DNA from: an uncultured bacterium
GTDB lineage: Bacteria; Chloroflexota; UBA5177; JANWHV01
DNA: 64,000 nt
Assembly (NCBI GenBank): GCA_963827235.1
Contig: CAWHAE010000010.1
Coordinates: 320,001-384,000, forward strand
Reading direction: 5' to 3'
The notes below the pieces were generated by a model. It was given only the letters and a program-made list of their open reading frames with translations. It did no database searches and was not told where the DNA came from. This document shows, piece after piece, positions 41,009 to 52,360 of this stretch (the first letter of the stretch is position 1; each line of letters begins with the position of its first letter). The translations under genes were made by a program, and so were the position numbers.

Positions 41009-42607
41009 CTAGTGCAGCGGATCGCCCAGGCGCAGAGTGTCCAGATCCAGGTCGCGCTGAACGCGACGCAGTGCCTCGTCCCCGATCACGTTGCGGTTGC
41101 GCAGTGCCACAAGAGCGCCTCGTTCGGCGTCGAGGAGATCCTTCCGCAGAGCCTTCACCGAGGTGCCGTTGGCTTGCCCCTGGGGCCTGACGCCATCCAG
41201 GCTATCGAGCCGCGCGAGGCGGCGCTCGTAGCGCAGGCGCAGATCGGCGATGAGGTCCTGGGCCGCCTCATCGCCGGCTATCTCGTCACGCGCCGCCCAG
41301 ATTCTGAGGCGTGCCAAAGCCGCTCGTGAGATGGCCAGCCGTGCCAGCCGCTCCTCGCGCTCGACGGTGCCGTCTTCCGCCACCCCCAACCAGCGAATGA
41401 GCGGCGCCAGAGTGAGGCCCTGGCCCACGAGAGTGACCACGATCACGCCAAAGGTCAGGAACACAAGCAGGTCGCGATCGGGAAATGCGCCGTGCATGGC
41501 GGCCGAGGGCAGCGCCAGCGCCGTGGCCAGGGCGATGGCGCCGCGCAAGCCGGCCCACGCCAGGATGCCCTGCTCCGCACTCGTGGGTGCAGGCACCGCC
41601 GCGCCGTTCCGCTGCCTGCGATGGCTGGCGAGAGCGGCACCGGGATAGACCCAGGCTATACGGAGCGCAATCACGATGGCGCTCACCAGGGCTGCTTCGC
41701 CGATCAGCGCGGGGAGCGACCGTCCAGACAGGTCCAGCACGATAGGATGCAGTTGCAGGCCCACCAGGATGAACGTGAGGCCGTTGATCACGAACGTGCC
41801 AAGTTCCCAGATTGCATCGGCCTGAAGACGAGTCTCAGGAGCGATCGCCAGCGGTGAGTGCCGGCCCACATAGAGACCCGCCGAGACGACCGCGAGCACC
41901 CCGGATGCGCCGAGCAGGTCGGCCGGCAAGTAGGCAGCGAAGGGTGTCAACAAGGTCACCACGCCTTCTACCCGGCGATCGGCGATGCGCCGGCGGAGGC
42001 CCAGGACACCAGCGCCAACCAGCAAACCGGCGACGACTCCACCAACCCCGGAGACAACGAATTGCAGGACGGCAGCGGCAAGCGAGAATGAACCGTGTAC
42101 CACGACGCCCACGGCGCTGCCGTACAGCACGAGTGCAGTAGCGTCGTTGACCAGGCTTTCGCCTTCCAGAATGACGACCACGCGCCCCGGTACGCCGAGC
42201 CGAGCCATGATCGAGCCGGCGGCAACCGCATCGGTAGAGGAGACGATGGCACCGAGGACGAAGGAGACCGCCCAGGGCAAGCCCAACAGTACGTGGGCTG
42301 CAAGAGCCACGCCGACCGTCGTCACGATCACCAGGCCGAACGCCAGCGAGGTAATGGGGAACAAGTTGGCCTGGAAGTCACGCCACGAGGTGTGCAGCGC
42401 GTCCCAGTACAGGAGCGGCGGCAGAAAAAGCAGGAACACGAGGTCGGGCTCGAGCACAATGTCCGGCAGCACCCTGTTTGGGACAAAGCCGAGGAGCAGA
42501 CCGCCGAGTACCAGCAGTATGGGATAGGGAATGTCTAGACGGTTGGCCAGCGACACCAGAGCGGCGACTGCTGCAAGCAGAGCCAGCACAAGGGCGATAT
42601 CGTGCAT
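41009..42607 (-). CDS. Na+/H+ antiporter (CPA1, NhaP/YjcE-like)
   Basis: 'FLPPLLY', 'STDAVA', 'LEGESLVNDATAL', 'WAGLRGAI'. Confidence 0.93.
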   Translation of the reverse strand: MHDIALVLALLAAVAALVSLANRLDIPYPILLVLGGLLLGFVPNRVLPDIVLEPDLVFLLFLPPLLYWDALHTSWRDFQANLFPITSLAFGLVIVTTVGVALAAHVLLGLPWAVSFVLGAIVSSTDAVAAGSIMARLGVPGRVVVILEGESLVNDATALVLYGSAVGVVVHGSFSLAAAVLQFVVSGVGGVVAGLLVGAGVLGLRRRIADRRVEGVVTLLTPFAAYLPADLLGASGVLAVVSAGLYVGRHSPLAIAPETRLQADAIWELGTFVINGLTFILVGLQLHPIVLDLSGRSLPALIGEAALVSAIVIALRIAWVYPGAALASHRRQRNGAAVPAPTSAEQGILAWAGLRGAIALATALALPSAAMHGAFPDRDLLVFLTFGVIVVTLVGQGLTLAPLIRWLGVAEDGTVEREERLARLAISRAALARLRIWAARDEIAGDEAAQDLIADLRLRYERRLARLDSLDGVRPQGQANGTSVKALRKDLLDAERGALVALRNRNVIGDEALRRVQRDLDLDTLRLGDPLH

Positions 42608-43002
42608 GCGCGATCTCCACCTCCAGCATACGTGGCCCTGGTGCCACGGACCAGGACGACGGCATCCGGTTCTTGCTGGGCGCCCTGCCGGACCACGTCC
42701 CTGTCGCCGGTCGCAAGGTTGGTCAGGGCCCGATCAGAGTAGTGTGCGCCTATCCCGGCGTCGTGGTAGGATGTGTTCTGGCGCATATTGCACAGTCCGG
42801 TTTGGTTACCGATAGACGAGGCACATGCCTGTTGCGAATGCCGTGGCGGATAGCCGGCTGCGAATGGCGGCCGAGGTTGGCGCGGGCGGTATCAACCTGG
42901 CGTTCGACCGGAGACAATCTCGCGGTGTATATTCGGAGGTATGCGCGGCACAGGGCGTGCTCGCCGGAGATGGTATCAAGCTGGCCATGAGGAATAATCG
43001 AC

Positions 43003-44214
43003 ATGTCGTATGACCAGCGAGAACGCCTTCAGCGGCTCCGTCTTGCGCGCGGCCAGAACAGTGTACGCTTCGAGGCTGCGCAGTCCGGCGACGAGGGAGG
43101 CTGGAGTCCGGCGGTTGCCGCGATGCAGCGGCGGGGCGGCGGTCGAGGCGGCGCATTGATCGCGCTGCTCATCCTGGCGGTGCTGGCAACCGTGGTCCTC
43201 GGGGGCCTCGGCTATGCCGTGCACCAGTTTCACTCGTCGGCGGGAGGGCCGCGCAAGTCGGTCACTTTCGTGGTAGCGCCGGGCGAGAGCGTAAGCACGA
43301 TCAGCGACGCCTTGCAGAAGGACGGCATGGTGTCGAGCAGCCTCATGTTCAGGCTGTACTATCAATTCCTGCGCCCATCGGGCACCATCCAGGCGGGCCC
43401 CCATTTGCTCAACAGCGACATGGCCATGGACGACATCGCGAAGGTCATCCAGTCGCCGCCGGTTGTCGTGGTAGCAACGCCGGTTCCCGTACAGAACCAG
43501 TACAACATTCTGGCCGGAAAACGAGCCGAGGAAATCGCCACCATTCTCAGCAAGTATGACGTCGCGTCATATGACGACATTCTGCATGAGATCTATCACG
43601 GGAAGTACGACTACTGGTTCCTCAAAGGCCTTCCGGCGGGCGCGTCCCTGGAAGGTTTTCTGGCGCCCGGAGAGTACACGTTTCTGCCGCACTCGTCCGC
43701 GCACAGCGTCGTGGCTCTGATGCTGCGCAAGTTCGGCCAAGAGTTCACTCCCGCGATGGTTGCGCAGGCGAAGCGCAGTCACAGGAGCATCTATCAGATC
43801 GTGACGCTGGCCTCGATTATTCAGCGTGAGAACTTCCTGCCGAAGGTGCAGAAGGCGATTGCCGGCGTCTTCTACAACCGTCTGAACGATACCTCCGGCG
43901 TCACGGCGCAGAGGCTCAACTCCACGGCCACGGTGCAGTACGCCACCGGCTACAGCAAGGCAAAGAACACGTGGTGGCCGCCGGACGCCGACCTGGACAC
44001 CTCGATCGACTCCCCGTACAACACCTATCTGCACGCCGGGCTGCCGCCGGGACCAATCAGCAATCCAGGCTTGAGCGCTCTTGAGGCCGCGCTGAACCCG
44101 ACGCCTTCCAAGTGGCTGTTCTTCCAGGTCCTCACGGTCAAGGGCCACGCTCATACCTACTTCTGCGAAACATATGCCTGTTTCCAGAGCCAGGGCGGCG
44201 TCGTTCTGCAGTAG
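43003..44214 (+). CDS. mltG: Endolytic transglycosylase MltG (YceG)
   Basis: N-terminal TM; 'SLEGFLAP', 'LASIIQRE', 'VFYNRL', 'SPYNTY..GLPPGPISNPG'. Confidence 0.92.
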   Translation: MSYDQRERLQRLRLARGQNSVRFEAAQSGDEGGWSPAVAAMQRRGGGRGGALIALLILAVLATVVLGGLGYAVHQFHSSAGGPRKSVTFVVAPGESVSTISDALQKDGMVSSSLMFRLYYQFLRPSGTIQAGPHLLNSDMAMDDIAKVIQSPPVVVVATPVPVQNQYNILAGKRAEEIATILSKYDVASYDDILHEIYHGKYDYWFLKGLPAGASLEGFLAPGEYTFLPHSSAHSVVALMLRKFGQEFTPAMVAQAKRSHRSIYQIVTLASIIQRENFLPKVQKAIAGVFYNRLNDTSGVTAQRLNSTATVQYATGYSKAKNTWWPPDADLDTSIDSPYNTYLHAGLPPGPISNPGLSALEAALNPTPSKWLFFQVLTVKGHAHTYFCETYACFQSQGGVVLQ

Positions 44215-44738
44215 GACCCGCCGGCAGCGAGCCGGATGCCGTCTCAGGCCAAGGTGAAACCTACAGGGGCGAGCGAGGTCCGCGCGTGGCGGCACCTGCA
44301 CGCGGGTGCCCGCAGGATTCGCAAGACGAGCCTTCCAGGCACGCACAGCCGCTACCGGTGCGGGCACGGCTCGTGTTCAACGCCGCCGGCCTGTCCGGAG
44401 CGGCACTCGCGCGTGCAGCCGCGGGCAGGTGCACCCAGTGCTCCCCCGCGGCAGGCGCGAGGGGTCCAACGCTGATAGCGTGCCGGCAGGCACTTGGCAA
44501 CTGCTCGGCATCCTCTCTACATCCTCTTAGCTCGCACTCACCGCGCACTTAGTCCGCTGCTCTAGTCTAGAGCCATGAGGTTCGAATGGCCACGATGGTC
44601 CGCCGAATCTCGGGTTTCCAGCAACACGGTCCGCTCAGTCGGACAACAGTGTGCAGCCGCCAGGGTGAGACGTCAATCCGCAGCCGCGGTTAATGCCTGG
44701 GCGAGTCGCTCGACCGAAACAAGAAAGGATACAGTTCC

Positions 44739-45743
44739 ATGATCGCTACTATGCCGGCTCAGGCTCCGCAACTGGACATTCCTCGTCCCCCCGCGGCGAC
44801 CGCCACGCCGATCGTCTACTCGCTCGTCGCGCCGGTATTCAACGAGGCCGAGACGCTGCGGCAGTTCTACAGCCGCGCGATGTCGGCGCTGGAAGACCTG
44901 GAGCAGCCGTTCGAACTCCTTCTCGTGAACGACGGCAGCAGCGACGGCTCAGATCGAATCATGCGCGAGCTGCAGATGCGCGACTCGCGCGTACGCGTGA
45001 TCGAGCTCTCGCGAAACTTCGGCCACCAGGCCGCTATTACCGCCGGCCTGGCGCAGGCTCGCGGGCAGGCGGTCATCATCATCGACTCCGACCTGCAGGA
45101 TCCGCCGGAGCTGATCCTGGAGATGGCGGAGCGCTGGAAAGAGGGCCTGGAGGTCGTCTACGCGCAGCGAGCGGCGCGCGCCGGCGAGACGCGGTTCAAG
45201 CTGTTCACGGCGGCGCTATTCTACAGGCTGATCGGCCGGCTCACCGACGTGAACATCCCGCGCGATACCGGGGACTTCAGGCTTCTGGACCGCAAGGTCG
45301 TGGACGCACTGGTAGAGCTGCCGGAGAAGCACCGGTTCATGCGCGGGTTGTCGGCGTGGGTCGGATTCCGCCAGGGCGCGGTGCGCTACGAGCGCGCCGA
45401 GCGCTACGCGGGCAGCACCAAGTATCCGCTGCGCAAGATGCTGCGCTTCGCCATGGACGCCGTTACCGGATTCAGCTACATGCCCCTGCAGCTTGCCACG
45501 AGCCTTGGATTCTCACTGGCCGGTCTGAGCCTTCTCGCCATCCTGGTCACCGCGTTACTGCGCCTGGTCGCCGGCGTAGTTGTCGCGCAGGCCACCGCGC
45601 TCATGCTGGCGCTCCTGCTTGGCGGCATCCAGCTTATCTTTCTCGGCGTGATAGGCGAGTACCTGGGCCGGATCTACGACGAAGTGCGCCAGCGCCCGCT
45701 CTATATCGTGCGCGACGTGCTGGAGAGCCCGGTCAAGCAGTGA
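44739..45743 (+). CDS. GT2 polyprenol-phosphate glycosyltransferase (GtrB-like)
   Basis: 'PVFNE', 'NDGSSD', 'SRNFGHQAA', 'DSDLQDPP', 'GEYLGRIY'; two C-terminal TM segments. Confidence 0.92.
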   Translation: MIATMPAQAPQLDIPRPPAATATPIVYSLVAPVFNEAETLRQFYSRAMSALEDLEQPFELLLVNDGSSDGSDRIMRELQMRDSRVRVIELSRNFGHQAAITAGLAQARGQAVIIIDSDLQDPPELILEMAERWKEGLEVVYAQRAARAGETRFKLFTAALFYRLIGRLTDVNIPRDTGDFRLLDRKVVDALVELPEKHRFMRGLSAWVGFRQGAVRYERAERYAGSTKYPLRKMLRFAMDAVTGFSYMPLQLATSLGFSLAGLSLLAILVTALLRLVAGVVVAQATALMLALLLGGIQLIFLGVIGEYLGRIYDEVRQRPLYIVRDVLESPVKQ

Positions 45744-46036
45744 AGCCGGTTGTCGTTGAATATGGCCTCGTACCATGGCCGTGCGCGGACACAGCATCAG
45801 AGGGCTGCAACAGAAGCCCATCGATGGGCGCCACTTCGGCAGGCCGTGGGCGAGATGCGCGAACAGGCGCCGGCGGCCTCGTGCGGTGCAGACGGCAGCG
45901 CGCCCGCTCGCCCACGTAGCCGAGCGAGCAGGCGTCGGGTATCTTAAGCACCGAGCAGACCGGCAGGGACGCGGGAGCCCGGGCTGGTTTCCCGGCATCG
46001 CGCGACGATGGGCAGCGGCCCAGGGGAGAATGCGTC

Positions 46037-46912
46037 ATGGAACGCGGGTTGCGGGCTGGCGAGCAAGCGAGCGCGGACGGCGGTGTCCCGTCCGGACCCG
46101 CCGCGATCCTGGTAATCGGTGCGCATCCTGACGATGCGGACGAAGGAGCGGGCGGGTTGGCGGCCCTGTGCGTGAGGGCAGGTCATCGCGTGCAGTTTGT
46201 GTCGCTTACCAACGGCGACGCCGGGCACTTCCAGACGGGTGGCGCAGCACTGGCGCGGCGCCGCCGAGAGGAAGCGCGGCGATCCGGGGCCGTGCTGGGC
46301 ATAGAGTATACGGTGCTCGATATCCACGACGGCGCGCTCGAGCCCAGCCTGGCCAATCGCCGCATCGTGATCGACCTGATCTGCCGGGCGCGGCCGGATC
46401 TCGTGCTGACCCACCGGCCGAACGACTATCATCCCGACCACCGCTACACGGCGGCGCTCGTACAGGACGCGGCATACATGGTGACCGTGCCCGAGGCCGT
46501 GGGCCTCACCCCGGCGCTTGCCGAGATGCCATGCATCGCCTACATGAGCGACACCTTTCGCCGTCCCTACCCGTTTACTCCCGAGATCGTGATAGATATC
46601 GACGACGTGCTCGCCCTCAAGATGGACATGCTGCACCAGCACGGCTCGCAAATGTACGAGTGGCTGCCGTATTCGCGTGGGCAGCTTGGGCAGGTACCCT
46701 CCGGCGAGGCCGACCGGCGCGCCTGGCTCACTTCTCTGTACGCGCCGGTCTCCGCAGCCGTCGCCGATCGCTACCGCCTACAGCTCGTCGAGCTCTACGG
46801 AGCCACGCGAGGAGAGCGCGTCCGCTATGCCGAAGCATTCGAGATCTGCGAGTACGGTGCGCCGCTCACGCCGGAGCTGCGGCGCAGGCTGTTTCCTTTC
46901 CTGCCGGAATAG
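46037..46912 (+). CDS. PIG-L family deacetylase
   Basis: 'AHPDD', 'RREEA', 'HPDH'. Confidence 0.9.
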   Translation: MERGLRAGEQASADGGVPSGPAAILVIGAHPDDADEGAGGLAALCVRAGHRVQFVSLTNGDAGHFQTGGAALARRRREEARRSGAVLGIEYTVLDIHDGALEPSLANRRIVIDLICRARPDLVLTHRPNDYHPDHRYTAALVQDAAYMVTVPEAVGLTPALAEMPCIAYMSDTFRRPYPFTPEIVIDIDDVLALKMDMLHQHGSQMYEWLPYSRGQLGQVPSGEADRRAWLTSLYAPVSAAVADRYRLQLVELYGATRGERVRYAEAFEICEYGAPLTPELRRRLFPFLPE

Positions 46913-46945
46913 CAGGGTCTCACTACGCCGATCGCCGCGTCTCCG

Positions 46946-48286
46946 TCACGCGGCGAAGGGCTCGCCCGAGCGTGCGGTCGCGGTTCTCAGCTTGCGCAGG
47001 TGCCCGCATTCATCCAGGTCGAACAGCTCCCTCGCGTTCTGCTGCATCAGCCTGGGCACCAGGTCGACTGCCTCAGCCGCGGTCAGCCAGCCATCGGCCA
47101 GCAGCCGCTCCAGAGCGAGAGCCAGCCCCTGCTTAGCCAGCACCGCATGGCCGGCCACGTTTTCTACGGTGGCGTAGTCGCCGCCGAAGCAGAGTACTTT
47201 GTTTGCCGGTGCCGCGAGCAGATACTCGGTCAGGAAGCGCACCCCGGCAGCCGGGTTGAGAATCCACGCCCAGCAGAGATCGACGTAGGCGTTGCGGTAG
47301 TGCTTGGCCAGGGCAATGAACTCGTCCTGGTAGGGATAGCCGATATGCATCAGCACGAAGCGAGCATCCGGGAAATCCTGCAACAGCGAGCAGAGATCCG
47401 AGGCGTTCTGCCGCACGCGATGCAGCGGCATCACGCCGGTACCCGAGTAGTAGCCGCAATGGAGCTTGACGGGCAGTCCCGCGGTGACTGCCTTGCCCAA
47501 GCAATAGCGCATCAGGTGATCCTCGAGTGCTCGACGCTCATCTTTTGCCAGCAGATCTCCACGTGAGAAGCGGGCAAAGAGCGGTGCAGCCGCGTGGGCG
47601 GGCACATCCTCGAACGCCAGCCGGCGAGTGTAGGCGGCGAGGCTCTTGGCGGCGACGGCTCGGGGCCCGAATCGCGCGAAGGCCCAGTCGATCACCTCGT
47701 GCCACCCCTGCAGATCGCTCGCCGCCAGCCCGCTCAACCGGCACATGCCGGCAATGTCCAGCTCGGTGGTGAACGGTAGGAAACTGAGATCCTGCAGGAG
47801 GTATGCGGGCTCGGTGGTCTCACACATGGGTGCCGTCTCCAGCGAGTTGACCTGGCAGGTGAGCACGCCTGCGCGTCGCAGGATATCGGCGTAATGTCCG
47901 GGCCGCACTCCACCAGCCGCGAGCTCGACGCCGATCCGCTCGCAGGCGGCGACGTCCCATTGCTGCACGCCGTAGAGGACCCTGGCAGTCTCGGCCACCG
48001 CGCGCATGTAGCCCGTGTGGCGTGTGCGCTCCCACCAGGGGCGCAGCAGCTCCCACTTGGCGGCCACTCCTACTTCCGGATCGAAAAGGCGTGTCCGCTC
48101 CCGAGCCGGCATCCCGGCTGCCGTGAGGTCGTCCACCGCGTAGTGTGCAAAGAGCAGCGCGAAGTCGGTGCACGGTTGCAGCGTGGGGTGTCCGCCCGCG
48201 CCGCGCGCCCTCGTCGCTGGTTCCAGCAGGTGCTCGTGCGTGTCAATCCACGCCGAGCCCGCGATTGTTTCTCGCAGCACGTTCAT
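46946..48286 (-). CDS. Amidohydrolase family protein
   Basis: 'IDTHEH', 'KLHCG', 'LMHIGYP', 'FGGD'; ATG 48286 follows GGAGG. Confidence 0.85.
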   Translation of the reverse strand: MNVLRETIAGSAWIDTHEHLLEPATRARGAGGHPTLQPCTDFALLFAHYAVDDLTAAGMPARERTRLFDPEVGVAAKWELLRPWWERTRHTGYMRAVAETARVLYGVQQWDVAACERIGVELAAGGVRPGHYADILRRAGVLTCQVNSLETAPMCETTEPAYLLQDLSFLPFTTELDIAGMCRLSGLAASDLQGWHEVIDWAFARFGPRAVAAKSLAAYTRRLAFEDVPAHAAAPLFARFSRGDLLAKDERRALEDHLMRYCLGKAVTAGLPVKLHCGYYSGTGVMPLHRVRQNASDLCSLLQDFPDARFVLMHIGYPYQDEFIALAKHYRNAYVDLCWAWILNPAAGVRFLTEYLLAAPANKVLCFGGDYATVENVAGHAVLAKQGLALALERLLADGWLTAAEAVDLVPRLMQQNARELFDLDECGHLRKLRTATARSGEPFAA

Positions 48287-49032
48287 CTCTTCAGCCTCCC
48301 GCATTCCGGTGCATTGCCAGGTCGCCGGACTTGACGGTGCATAGCCTCCGGCCGCGGCCGACGGATTTCCGGGTCGCTCGACCCAGGTGACGGCCGATCG
48401 TCGAGCTCCCGCTGCGCCCACCCCGGCTGCAGACCAAGCCTTGCCAGACACCTTGTGATCGCCGCCGGCCGTTGCAGGCGGCAGGGAGCCGTCACCCCCC
48501 AATCGGCGTTCACGCAGGAGTTTGGCCTCATGCATCCGGGCCGTTCAGGACAGAGACTAAAGCCGCGGGCCGGCGATGTCAAGCAATGCTGCTGGGAAGG
48601 CTTTCCGACGCCGGATCTTGCGCGCTGATCCTCTGCCGGATCCCATATGATGTGGTCCGGACTGCCCGGCGCCTTGTGGAACCGGGCGGCCTACTGCGCA
48701 TGGTCGCTACACGCGGACGGTCGGCGCTAACAGAGGCGAGCGCAGGCGAAAGACACTGCCCCTGGTGCGCGTGCTCTCCATACTGCCTACCAACGTCTAC
48801 CGGGCGCGCGACGGGCCTGACCAGTTACGCCGGCTCCGGCAGGGCGCAGGCGATGCGGATAACTTCGGTCATTCTGCAGGGGAGGATCGCGACAGCGCGG
48901 ATGCCTGCTGGGTCTGCATGACGGTGCCAAAGCCGCTCGGCGCGCCCGTCGAGCAGCGGTTGAGCGCCGACTGCCGGCAGGCACATGGGCATGATGCGGT
49001 ACCGTATCATGATGGCCGGAGGACACGCGGAG

Positions 49033-49794
49033 ATGCTGAATCCGAAAGAGCGCTTCTCGACTCGTGTCGAAAACTACGTGCGCTACCGGCCCGGCTATCC
49101 GCCGGCCGTGATCGACGTGCTGCGCCGCCAATGCGGGCTGGACGGTTCCTGGGTGGTCGCGGACGTCGGCTCCGGACCGGGCAACCTGGCGCGGCTGTTC
49201 CTGGATAACGGCAACGCGGTGGTGGGCGTGGAGCCGAATCGCGAGATGCGTGAGGCCGGGCAGCGTCTATTGGCCGGCTATCCACGCTTCACCAGCGTGT
49301 CCGGATCGGCCGAAACCACTCTGCTCGACGACGCCTCGGTGGACCTCGTCGTGGCGGGGCAAGCGTTTCACTGGTTCGACCGAGACCGCTGTAAGCCGGA
49401 GTTTCGACGCATTCTGCGGGGGAAGCGCTGGACAGCACTGGTCTGGAACGATCGGCGCACCGGGACCACTCCGTTCCTGGCGGCCTATGAGCGGCTTCTC
49501 GAACGCTATGCGACTGACTACGCGACAGTCCGGCACCGGAACGTGACGAGCGACGAGGTGCTCGGCGCTTTCTTCGCTCCCCGTGAGCCGGCCAGCGCGT
49601 CCTTCCCCAACAGGCAGAGTTTCGACTTCGATGGGCTGAAGGGCCGCCTGCTGTCGTCATCCTACGCGCCGGAACCAGGCCGGCCCGGTTACGAGGCGAT
49701 GCTGGCTGACCTCCGGGCGGCGTTCGACACCTACCAGTCCGGCGGGACGGTCAGCTTTGACTACGACACCCAGGTGTATTACGGCCAGATCTGA
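49033..49794 (+). CDS. Class I SAM-dependent methyltransferase
   Basis: 'YRPGYP', 'ADVGSGPG', 'QAFHWFD'. Confidence 0.9.
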   Translation: MLNPKERFSTRVENYVRYRPGYPPAVIDVLRRQCGLDGSWVVADVGSGPGNLARLFLDNGNAVVGVEPNREMREAGQRLLAGYPRFTSVSGSAETTLLDDASVDLVVAGQAFHWFDRDRCKPEFRRILRGKRWTALVWNDRRTGTTPFLAAYERLLERYATDYATVRHRNVTSDEVLGAFFAPREPASASFPNRQSFDFDGLKGRLLSSSYAPEPGRPGYEAMLADLRAAFDTYQSGGTVSFDYDTQVYYGQI

Positions 49795-49966
49795 GCCCAC
49801 GATCGGCCAGCCTGTCGACCCTATACGGTTTAGAGAAGCAGGAAACAGACTCAGGTCTCGCGGACGGGCGCAATCAATCCGGCGGATGGCGACACCGGCA
49901 TGCGGGTACCCAGAGCCTCCCCGCGCTGAAGCGCGCGGGGCATCAGGAGCATCGATGGTCGACGGG

Positions 49967-50851
49967 CTACCGTAAATTGCTCTCCCGAAGAGCTATCTGC
50001 AGGGCTTGCGCAAATGGCGTGCGGCGTCCGAGACGGCGTTGCTCAGCCCGCGCGCAATCCAGCCGGCAGTCGTGAGGTCGCGGGGCAGCGGCAGCAGGGG
50101 CCGGATCCGGCCGGAGGTGCGCGGTAGAGACGCCCAGGACCTGCCCCATGATCCGGGCCATCGCATACCTGGTCAGGCGCTCGTCGCCGCACCAGTGCCA
50201 GATGCCACTCATGTCCTGTCCTGCCAGACGCAGGTCGATCATCTGCCGGCAAAGCACGGCGAGATCGTCCACGTACGTTGGATAGCGCTGCTGCCAGTCG
50301 TCCAGTGCCTTCGGTTGTCCGCCGCGCACGTCGTGCAGGAGTCCGGTGACCGAGCACTCCTCCGCGTACTCAACTCGACCGTACAGGAGGCCGACGCGAA
50401 GCACTGCAGTGTCACCGGACTGCGAAAGGACCGCGCGCTCGCCGTCGAGCTTGGTCCGTCCATAGAGATTGAGCGGGCGCGTCGTATCGTCCGGACTGTA
50501 CGGCGGCCGCGTGCCGTCGAATACGTAATCGGTCGACAAGAACAGCAGCCACGAGCCGAGAGTGCGGGCATGGCGAGCTAGGGCGGAGGTGGCCTCGACG
50601 TTCAGCGCTCTGGTGCCCTCGGGATCGCGCTCGCCCGCGTCGGGCCGACGTTGGGCCGCGCCGTGCACGATCACCTCGGGACGCTGCTCGTCGAGGTAGG
50701 CTGCGGTGGCATCCCGGTCCAGCAGGTCGAGCTTTGTCAGGCCGGCTGCTGCTCGGGTGAGGGCAGTGCCGGCCGGCCGGTATGCCGCCAGCTCGCGCAT
50801 CAGCGCTCTGCCCAGCAGCCCGCTGGCCCCGGTTACCACCACTCTTGCCAT
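49967..50851 (-). CDS. RmlD/MAT2B-like extended SDR oxidoreductase
   Basis: 'TGASGLLG', 'STDYVFDG', 'YGRTK', 'PTYVDD'. Confidence 0.88.
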   Translation of the reverse strand: MARVVVTGASGLLGRALMRELAAYRPAGTALTRAAAGLTKLDLLDRDATAAYLDEQRPEVIVHGAAQRRPDAGERDPEGTRALNVEATSALARHARTLGSWLLFLSTDYVFDGTRPPYSPDDTTRPLNLYGRTKLDGERAVLSQSGDTAVLRVGLLYGRVEYAEECSVTGLLHDVRGGQPKALDDWQQRYPTYVDDLAVLCRQMIDLRLAGQDMSGIWHWCGDERLTRYAMARIMGQVLGVSTAHLRPDPAPAAAAPRPHDCRLDCARAEQRRLGRRTPFAQALQIALRESNLR

Positions 50852-51178
50852 GCCGCTCCCTCCCCTCGCTCCGGCCGAGCTCACAGGCAGCCGCGCCGGA
50901 CGTGATACGATTGCTGTGCCGGCTCAGCGCGGACGCCGCGACGTCGCACCCGCCGGCATTGTCAGCTGCAGCACAGGGCTCACCGTAGCCGCCGCCGACT
51001 GGAGATACGCCGCAGTGCACGGCTCACGCTATTGTCTCACTCGAGTTCACGATACCAGTACGGCGGCATTCGTCGCCGCGACCGGGGAGCGACCGCCGGA
51101 TCGAGCCGGACTGCTCGCCGCGAAGCTCCGCGGGATGCCGGGCAGGTGCGCGCCGGCGCTGCCTGCCCTGCGCCGCCG

Positions 51179-52117
51179 GTGAGCGTGTCGCGAGGATTCG
51201 GCTGGCCCGACGCCGGCGTGCTGTTCGCGTCAGCGCTGTGGGGCCTCAACTACACGGCGGTCAAGGTCGGGTTGGAAGATCTGCCGCCGACCGTATTTGG
51301 CAGCCTGCGATTCGTCATCGCCACCGTGCTGCTCTTCGCTCTGCTTGCCGTGACCGAGCGAGGCGCTAAAGTGGCCCGAGCAGACGGCGGGCGGCTGCTG
51401 CTGATGGGCGCGCTGTCCATCGGCGTCAATCAGATCCTGTTTCTCGACGGACTGCGCCGTACCAGTGCCTCGGTCGGAGCCATCACTTTTGCCTGCGCCT
51501 CGGCCTTCACCATCCTGCTGGCAGTCTTTCTCCTGGGCGAGCGCGCTGGCCGGCGGCTCTGGCTCGGCATCGCACTGGCCAGCACCGGCATCGCCATCAT
51601 CGTGGGTCAGGGTTCCGCCGGCGGTGCGCAGGCAGCGCTGGGCGACGTGGAGATCTTCTTCAGCGCGCTGGCCGTAGGACTCACGTCGCTTCTTGCCAAA
51701 GACGTGCTTCAGCGGTACTCCGCTCTTCGCGTGACTGCCTGGTGCTCGTTCTGGGGTCTGTGCTGCCTGCTGCCGTTCGGCGCCATCGCGCTGCCCACAG
51801 TCCATTGGTCGAGCGTGCACCTGCACGCCTGGACCGCCCTTGGCTTCACCTCTGTCGGTGCCTCCGTGATCACCCTCATCCTCTGGTACGCCGGGATCGC
51901 CCGTATCGGCGTGACGCGTGCGACTGCCTACGGCTACTTGCAGCCCATCCTCGGAGTCGTATTCGCCGCAGTGTTGCTGGGCGACCATCTGACGGCGCGC
52001 CAGCTTGTCGGTGGTGCTGTGGCGCTCGTCGGGACGTGGCTGGCCAGTGCTGCGACGATCGCACCGGCCCGTTTACCGGAGGTAGCGGAGCCGGAGCAGC
52101 GCCCCGGTGTCGCGTAG
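51179..52117 (+). CDS. DMT/EamA family transporter
   Basis: About 10 TM segments; 'LWGLNY.AVK', 'LQPILGV'; start uncertain (ORF open from 51032). Confidence 0.88.
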   Translation: MSVSRGFGWPDAGVLFASALWGLNYTAVKVGLEDLPPTVFGSLRFVIATVLLFALLAVTERGAKVARADGGRLLLMGALSIGVNQILFLDGLRRTSASVGAITFACASAFTILLAVFLLGERAGRRLWLGIALASTGIAIIVGQGSAGGAQAALGDVEIFFSALAVGLTSLLAKDVLQRYSALRVTAWCSFWGLCCLLPFGAIALPTVHWSSVHLHAWTALGFTSVGASVITLILWYAGIARIGVTRATAYGYLQPILGVVFAAVLLGDHLTARQLVGGAVALVGTWLASAATIAPARLPEVAEPEQRPGVA

Positions 52118-52360
52118 CGTGCGCTTGGCCGCGCCCCGCCCCGCGCCTGCAAGACAGTCCCCGCCGTGTCGACGGCTCGCGGGCGCGGGGCGTCGTGCCC
52201 GCCTAAGTCCAACGCGGTTCACATAAGGAAGAAACTGGGCAAGCGCGGACGCTAGCGCACTCAAGTCCGCGCTTGGCGAGCCGATGCGTCTCCCCGCGGT
52301 GAACCGCAGGGCATCAAGCGCGCGCCGATGCGTCTCCCCGCTAAGTACACCGTATTCCGC

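Noticed and set aside
42610-42760. Na+/Li+ (nhaA-type) riboswitch ahead of the antiporter
   Set aside because: I could not match the consensus by eye; an Infernal scan is needed.
52280-52341. 18-bp direct repeat GCCGATGCGTCTCCCCGC x2 with a 26-bp gap
   Set aside because: Only two copies lie between convergent genes, with no leader or cas genes; it is likely a local duplication.
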